From sequence record DRR723986_562: a DNA stretch of 64,000 nucleotides. One strand, 5' to 3'. Below are positions 58,311 to 64,000 of this stretch, piece by piece. How positions within the stretch are numbered: the first letter of the stretch is position 1; every line of letters begins with the position of its first letter. A program made the translations under genes and the position numbers. The notes beneath the pieces were generated by a model. It was given only the letters and a program-made list of their open reading frames with translations. It had not been told where the DNA came from and searched no databases.

Positions 58311-60198
58311 TCAATGTCATCTCATTGTAAATCAATGCATGATTAAAGGTTTGAATTCTCGCTTCCAGTTGTTTTTTTAATTTTTGAACAACATCTTTTT
58401 TTGAATCTAATAAATTATTTTCTTGTAGACGATCGTTTAGATGATAGAGGTCAAGGGCTTTTTCGTTTTGATAGGTTAACAAATAGTGTTCATTTTGAAA
58501 CGAACCGAAACAACGCATTACTCCACCAACTTCGGCAGCAGTGAACCCTACCCCTTCTTTAAAAACAGATTCTCCAAAAGAATAAAAGGCCTTTTTGTAT
58601 CCTAAATAATCTAAAACAGAAGGGAGGATGTCAATTTGCCCTACAACTTTAGGATTTGTGCCCCTGAGTTGATCATTTTCAGGATGATAAAACAATAAAG
58701 GAATGTTCATTTGACCGATATCATTAGAAAATTGAGCTTCGGATGAGCCTGGCGTATGATCTGCTACTACAACAAATAAGGTATTTTCATACCACGCCTC
58801 TTTTTTAACAGATTCGAAAAATTGTTGAAGAGCGAAATCTGTATAGCTAATGGCGTTGTGCATGGGGGTTTTGCCTTTGTTAAATCGCGATTCATATTGT
58901 TCTGGTATCGCGTAAGGCGGATGGCTGGAGATGGTGAAAATTGTTGAGAAAAATGGCGTTTTGAATGTACTCAGTTGTTCGTTTGTCCATTGCAAAAAAG
59001 GTTCGTCATAAATTCCCCAAGTACCGTCATAGTCGGCTTCATTGTTGTATTCATTTCTGCCAAAATAGTCATCAAATTCAGCTAGGTCACAGAATGAGTC
59101 AAAGTTCATTGAGCCATTTGTTGCGCCATGAAAGAATGAAGTGTGATAACCTTCTTCATTCAGGATATTTGGTAAGGAGGTCAAGTCATTTATCATGTAT
59201 CCAGATAACAAGTATTCATCTGTCATTAATTTGGGGATGGAGGCGATAATAGAAGGCACGGCATCCATAGATTTTTTGCCATTAGCAAAGGCGTTGGAGA
59301 AATAAAGCGACTGCTGAATGAGCTCATCAAAAAAGGGTGTGGTACTAGATCCATCTTGATTTTTAGATCCAATGTATTCGGGTGAAAAGCTTTCTAGAAT
59401 AATGACCACCACATTCTCTTCTCCCAGTCCTCCTTGAGAATCAAATTGATGAATTGGCGAGTAAATTTTGCTCAACTCAGCTTCAGTAAAGTAATTTTTT
59501 TCAATTAAACCTGGACTTCCCCAGGTGTTTAGCATGGTGAACGCCGAATTTAAAACCAACTGAACATTTTCTGTTTTCGTGAATTTTGCAGCCTCTGTGG
59601 TGCGAATGGGTTTAGATACAAATCCACCTCTGCCGATAAAAATGAAGAGTGCAATGAATCCTAAATAAATCAGTGCTTGCTTTTTGATTGAGTGCTCGTG
59701 GCTGTCATCTATTCTGTTGTAAACTCTTCGAATCAACCAAAACGATAGGAATAGAAAGAGCGAGTAGAACAATAAAATGTACCAATAGTCCTTAAAAAAT
59801 GAAGGCAATTGCTGCGCCAGGTCATTTCCGAATCCTAACATGGTTAATAGCCCATAATTCGACCTGCTAGCAGAATGATGAAAATATTCTACATCTACAA
59901 GGTTGATAAAAATGCCAAGCGCAAATGGCAGAATGGTGAACACTTTTCTGAAAACAATGAAAAGTTTTGCCTCTCTATTTTTATTCGGAAAGAGTTCAAT
60001 GACAATTAGCGGGTAGAATAGGAGACAGGTAGAGATAAGGTCAAACCAAAGTCCGGCTAAAAAATCACTGAGGGCAACCGATTGAAAATGCTGACTGTTT
60101 ACGGCGAAAAATAGGAGTCTACATAAAAAGAAAATGAGCATTAAAATGCCCATTTTCATTAAAAATTTGATTAAATATTTTGGAAATACTGCTTTCAC
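58303..60198 (-). CDS. LTA synthase/phosphoglycerol transferase family membrane protein
   Basis: Five N-terminal TM; NVVVIILESF, TPFFD, FFHG, TISSHPPY, VVADH. Confidence 0.9.
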   Translation of the reverse strand: MKAVFPKYLIKFLMKMGILMLIFFLCRLLFFAVNSQHFQSVALSDFLAGLWFDLISTCLLFYPLIVIELFPNKNREAKLFIVFRKVFTILPFALGIFINLVDVEYFHHSASRSNYGLLTMLGFGNDLAQQLPSFFKDYWYILLFYSLFLFLSFWLIRRVYNRIDDSHEHSIKKQALIYLGFIALFIFIGRGGFVSKPIRTTEAAKFTKTENVQLVLNSAFTMLNTWGSPGLIEKNYFTEAELSKIYSPIHQFDSQGGLGEENVVVIILESFSPEYIGSKNQDGSSTTPFFDELIQQSLYFSNAFANGKKSMDAVPSIIASIPKLMTDEYLLSGYMINDLTSLPNILNEEGYHTSFFHGATNGSMNFDSFCDLAEFDDYFGRNEYNNEADYDGTWGIYDEPFLQWTNEQLSTFKTPFFSTIFTISSHPPYAIPEQYESRFNKGKTPMHNAISYTDFALQQFFESVKKEAWYENTLFVVVADHTPGSSEAQFSNDIGQMNIPLLFYHPENDQLRGTNPKVVGQIDILPSVLDYLGYKKAFYSFGESVFKEGVGFTAAEVGGVMRCFGSFQNEHYLLTYQNEKALDLYHLNDRLQENNLLDSKKDVVQKLKKQLEARIQTFNHALIYNEMTLNE

Positions 60199-60202
60199 AG
60201 TG

Positions 60203-61981
60203 TTATTTTTCCGTCACTCTCAACCAGTAGTTGTAGTTGTTAGCCTTCGCAGGATCAAGATCTTCCTTGGTTGAGAATCGTTGGTTTTTATCCATTCCCA
60301 TTACAATCTCATATTCTTTGATAATGTTATCTCTTGATAAAGTTACTTTGAACTTATCATCAATATCAAAGGTTCCGAGCATTTCATTGAAAGTAGAATT
60401 GTTCACTCGGTAGCCGTTTACAGCAATAATCTCGTCATTCACCGAGATGCCATACTCTTCAGCTGCGGTATTTGCATAAACGGTTGATACAATCAATTTT
60501 CCACCAGAGTCTGAAGTTCTAACCCCAAGTTTTGCTTGGGCTTGTTGTTTTTGTCGTGCAATTCCAACGCCGACACCAGCAAAGAACTTTTCATAGTCTA
60601 CTGTTTTGGTTCCGTACACATAATCATCAAAAAACCAATCCATATCTTCACCTAAGAATGATTCAAGCGAAGTTTGGAATTCTTCTTCAGTAAATCCAAC
60701 ATCAGATTTAATGTAGAAATCGGCCCATAATTTTTGAAGAAATTGGTCAAGACATTTTTCGGCATTGAATTTATTGATGATGTAAAGGTCTAACATTGCA
60801 GCTAGGATATGCCCTTTTGGATAATATGAAATGGTAGTATTTGTGCTGTTTTCGTTATGTCGATAAGCTTTTATCCATGCATCAAAACTTGCGTGTGCAA
60901 CTGGTTGCACTTTGTTTCCTGGTTGATTCTCAACATAATTGATTGTTCCCATTACTTTACCAATGTATTGATCTTCACTATAAAACCCAGCTCTTCTTAG
61001 TGCAAGTTCGTCATAATAAGAGGTAAAGCCTTCCATTACCCATAACAGGTCAGTATAATTCTCATTATCATAATCAAATGGCCCTAACGATTTAGGACGG
61101 ATTCTTTTTACATTCCATAAATGGAAGTACTCATGAGCTACAAGACTTAAAAAACCAAGGTATTCATCACCTTCATATGTCCATCTATTTACTTGTAATG
61201 TGGTAGATTTTTTATGCTCTAATCCTCCAGAACCTACAGTTAAGTTGTGAATGATGAATAAATATTCTTTGTTTGGATTGATGCCAAATATTTTAGTTTC
61301 AGCCTCAACGATTTTTGCCATGTCTTTTTTCAAGACTTCCGCATCATAATTTCCATCACCGTACATAGCTACCGTATGTTTGACTCCGGCGGCTGTAAAA
61401 TCGAATAATTCATGATTCCCAATTTCAATTGGGCTGTCTACTAACTCGTCATAATCTGTATAGCTGAATGTAGTGCCACTTTCGTTTTTAAGTGATGTAG
61501 AGATCTTTTTAAAACTTGGGTGAGGAGTGATGTTCAATTTTCCAGTGGCATTTTTGTTGTTCTCAACATACATGAAAACACTTGTTCCGTTGATATAACC
61601 GTGAGAATCATCAAGAAAACTCGTTCTTACTGATAATTCAAAAGCATACACTTCATATTGAACTTTTACTTTTTTTACTCCTTTGGTATTGATAGTCCAA
61701 GTGCTTTTATTGCATTTGTGAATTTCTAGCGGATTTCCATCTTGATCAAAAGCTTTAACGATATTTACACTTTTCGCGAACTCTCTAACTAAGTAAGAAC
61801 CAGGTGCCCACACAGGCATTTTAATCGAGATTTCTTTTGCTTTAAAGTCCGAGATTTCCATTTCCACCTCAAAATAATGCGAATTTGGACGAGACATGCC
61901 GAGTTTGTAATCGACATCCATAGCCGCAGAATTGAACGAAAAATAGATCAATGTCAACAGTAAAAAAAAGTGGTTCTTCAT
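60203..61981 (-). CDS. M61 family (glycyl) aminopeptidase with PDZ domain
   Basis: MPVWAPGSYLVREF, GGLEH, AHEYFHLWNVKRIRP, LWVMEGFTSYY, C-terminal PDZ; start trimmed to MKNHFF (signal peptide). Confidence 0.93.
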   Translation of the reverse strand: MKNHFFLLLTLIYFSFNSAAMDVDYKLGMSRPNSHYFEVEMEISDFKAKEISIKMPVWAPGSYLVREFAKSVNIVKAFDQDGNPLEIHKCNKSTWTINTKGVKKVKVQYEVYAFELSVRTSFLDDSHGYINGTSVFMYVENNKNATGKLNITPHPSFKKISTSLKNESGTTFSYTDYDELVDSPIEIGNHELFDFTAAGVKHTVAMYGDGNYDAEVLKKDMAKIVEAETKIFGINPNKEYLFIIHNLTVGSGGLEHKKSTTLQVNRWTYEGDEYLGFLSLVAHEYFHLWNVKRIRPKSLGPFDYDNENYTDLLWVMEGFTSYYDELALRRAGFYSEDQYIGKVMGTINYVENQPGNKVQPVAHASFDAWIKAYRHNENSTNTTISYYPKGHILAAMLDLYIINKFNAEKCLDQFLQKLWADFYIKSDVGFTEEEFQTSLESFLGEDMDWFFDDYVYGTKTVDYEKFFAGVGVGIARQKQQAQAKLGVRTSDSGGKLIVSTVYANTAAEEYGISVNDEIIAVNGYRVNNSTFNEMLGTFDIDDKFKVTLSRDNIIKEYEIVMGMDKNQRFSTKEDLDPAKANNYNYWLRVTEK

Positions 61982-61998
61982 TTTCTTAGATTTTGAAT

Positions 61999-62006
61999 CA
62001 AAAGTA
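61999..62006 (-). promoter_or_regulatory. Bacteroidota -7 box TACTTTTG (M61 gene)
   Basis: TAnnTTTG 17 nt upstream of ATG 61981; supports the trimmed start. Confidence 0.6.
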
Positions 62007-62063
62007 AGCATTTGAATTAAATATTGGCTAGATTTGTTATATAACTCAACACAAACAACTCGT

Positions 62064-62930
62064 ATGAAACGTACATTATTTTTAGCTTTTTTATCATTTT
62101 TATTTATTGGATGCCAAGAAGAAGGAACGACTGGTTCAGATGCAAGTTCAGGTGAAAGTGAAGAACTAGCAAGGTTGAAATCAGAAAATAGAGAGCTCCA
62201 AGACCAACTAGTAGCAAAGGATTCTGCACTGAATGAAACCATCATGCTATTCAATGAAATTGAGCAAAATCTAGCTATGATTAACATCAAAGAAGATGAA
62301 ATACGTTTCAGATCTAATGATGTTGAATTAGAAGAAGATGGAAAACAATGGATTCTTCAAGAGATTCAAAACATTAATTATTTAAGGGAAGCAAACGCAA
62401 AGAAAGTTGGAGAATTAAATGCGGCACTAGAAAACAAAAATCTTCAAATCACTGAGTTGGAGAATATGATTAGAAAATTGATGGATAAGATTCAGGTGCA
62501 AGAAGAAGAAATTGAAATGTTACGAGTAGAATTGTCTGATTTAGACCGTGAGTATGTTGAATTGCTTGAAGCTTATCAAGAACAAACAGAAATTACAGCG
62601 GAAACGTTGATGAAATTAAATCAAGCCTATTATGCTTATGGTACCTATGATGAATTAGAGCAAAACGGCGTAGTGGTTAAAGAAGGAGGATTTATCGGGA
62701 TGGGTAAAAAGACGGAGCTCAAATCAGACTTTAATGATGATTATTTTACTCAGGTGGATGTAACGAAAACGGATTTAATTGAAGTGACTGGAAAGAAAGT
62801 GAAATTTATTACCGATCACCCTTCAAGTTCTTATGAGGTTGTTTCCAATGGTAATAAGCATGCAATCAAGATTATGGACCATAAATCATTTTGGAAGGTT
62901 TCGAAATATTTGGTTGTAGTTGTTGATTAA
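62064..62930 (+). CDS. Coiled-coil lipoprotein (Cbp1-like family)
   Basis: Lipobox FIGC; long coiled coil; AYYAYGT..EL...GVV..EGGFIG, HPSSSY, FWKVSKYLVVVVD. Confidence 0.78.
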   Translation: MKRTLFLAFLSFLFIGCQEEGTTGSDASSGESEELARLKSENRELQDQLVAKDSALNETIMLFNEIEQNLAMINIKEDEIRFRSNDVELEEDGKQWILQEIQNINYLREANAKKVGELNAALENKNLQITELENMIRKLMDKIQVQEEEIEMLRVELSDLDREYVELLEAYQEQTEITAETLMKLNQAYYAYGTYDELEQNGVVVKEGGFIGMGKKTELKSDFNDDYFTQVDVTKTDLIEVTGKKVKFITDHPSSSYEVVSNGNKHAIKIMDHKSFWKVSKYLVVVVD

Positions 62931-62935
62931 ATTAA

Positions 62936-63277
62936 ATGGTTGGTGGAATAATTATATTGGCTTTAGTTGGAGCATTGTTTGCCTGGATAATTTCTGGAAT
63001 TCGGGCGCATAAAATGGCTAAAGAGAAAGGTGTAATCTATATCCTTAAACATTTTTTATTTGCGGCTTTATCCATTGTTTTTCTATGGATTGTAATTGTT
63101 GTTCCAACCCTTGATTGTTCGGGATTTTTGTGTGGTCTGGGTGCCTTTATTCTATTTTTCGTAATAGGTACAATCGTAATTTTATTGTGGCCGCTAATAT
63201 TATTAGGTACATTAAAAAGTAAATATTCAGACATTTCCGTCAGCATATCTGATGATGACGAATTACTAGATAATTAA
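62936..63277 (+). CDS. Hypothetical 3-TM membrane protein
   Basis: Three TM, CxGxxC loop, C-terminal DDELLDN. Confidence 0.65.
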   Translation: MVGGIIILALVGALFAWIISGIRAHKMAKEKGVIYILKHFLFAALSIVFLWIVIVVPTLDCSGFLCGLGAFILFFVIGTIVILLWPLILLGTLKSKYSDISVSISDDDELLDN

Positions 63278-63278
63278 A

Positions 63279-63611
63279 ATGAACAGAAAATTAATACATA
63301 TCGGACCCCTTGCTTTGATTATAGCAGGTGTATTTTGGTCTATGCACATTAACCCTGGTGCCACAATGGCTTATAACATTGGTTTTGGTTTTGGGATGTT
63401 TCTTGTCCCCGCTATTCCAGGTTTAATAATAGCGCTAATTCACCGATCAATGTCTAAAAAGAAAGTAGAGGAAAATGCGGAAGTTGATGTGATTGACGGT
63501 CCGAATGAGCAGGTAATGAAAAAGAAATCTTTCCTTTTCTACTTTTCGCTCTATACAACTATTTTAGGGGCTTTGATGTTTTTTGCCGTAATGAATTCTA
63601 AAAGGAATTAG
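63279..63611 (+). CDS. Hypothetical 3-TM membrane protein
   Basis: Hydrophobic ORF in the operon with an acidic loop EVDVID. Confidence 0.65.
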   Translation: MNRKLIHIGPLALIIAGVFWSMHINPGATMAYNIGFGFGMFLVPAIPGLIIALIHRSMSKKKVEENAEVDVIDGPNEQVMKKKSFLFYFSLYTTILGALMFFAVMNSKRN

Positions 63612-63613
63612 CA

Positions 63614-64000
63614 TTACATACTCATTACGATCAGTGTAATGTATACTACGTAGCTTCCGAACAACATCACACCTTTTAGTCTTCCAACTTTTTTCCCAAT
63701 CAGCATCATAGGAAGCAATGCTAGGGCAATTGCGATCATCCACCACATGTCGTAATTGAGAATTTGTTCATCAACATCAATCGGTTTTACCAGCGCCGTA
63801 ACACCAATTACAGCCATAATGTTAAAGATGTTTGATCCGATTAAATTTCCGATTGAGATGTCCGTTTCTTTTTTAATGGCTGCAACTGCCGAAGTTACTA
63901 ATTCTGGAACTGAGGTTCCAAAAGCGACAACGGTCACTGCAATTACACGTTCTTCCATACCAAAGGATTGAGCAATTTCAACAGCTCCTTTTATTAGCCA
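63614..64000 (-). CDS. Calcium/sodium antiporter (CaCA/YrbG), 3' part; 5' end outside the window
   Basis: Alpha-repeat VAFGTSVPEL and GNLIGSNIFN; frame stays open to the window edge. Confidence 0.9.
   Translation of the reverse strand, partial: WLIKGAVEIAQSFGMEERVIAVTVVAFGTSVPELVTSAVAAIKKETDISIGNLIGSNIFNIMAVIGVTALVKPIDVDEQILNYDMWWMIAIALALLPMMLIGKKVGRLKGVMLFGSYVVYITLIVMSM

Noticed and set aside
61982-62290. 103-codon N-terminal extension of the M61 ORF overlapping the opposite-strand lipoprotein gene
   Set aside because: A signal peptide starts at ATG 61981 with a -7 box 17 nt upstream; the extension is an antisense shadow

Overview
AT-rich Bacteroidota chromosomal window, probably Flavobacteriales (inferred from TAnnTTTG promoters, T9SS cargo, a PorP/SprF partner and an MGS-less CarB). 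It holds about 60 tightly packed CDSs. Housekeeping genes: trpBA, paaG/paaH-like, rhlE, ogt, tag, carB, serC-serA-rpe, lgt. Surface-glycan region: FkbM, YfhO, GT2, a putative nonulosonate transferase, pseB-pseC-pseF-GNAT-pseI, wzx, a WbpP-like epimerase and a CapD/PglF-like dehydratase. T9SS substrates include an 1800-aa repeat adhesin with its SprF partner. I saw no rRNA, tRNA, CRISPR array or transposase. The most interesting signals are: (1) a tandem paralog pair (45247-47355) with an N-terminal Cys4 domain, then an internal lipoprotein signal, then a T9SS C-terminal domain; (2) an exact ECF-sigma-like motif, TGAACC-N17-TATTCAATCAAAAC-N8-ATG, shared by one of these paralogs and a vWA/YfbK-like gene 45 kb away; (3) a pseudaminic-acid cluster with no PseG but a tandem GNAT; (4) DnaA boxes in three divergent promoters; (5) a near cargo-less T9SS protein and a membrane-anchored RanBP2-finger protein. 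All assignments come from motif recognition by eye; no searches were run.
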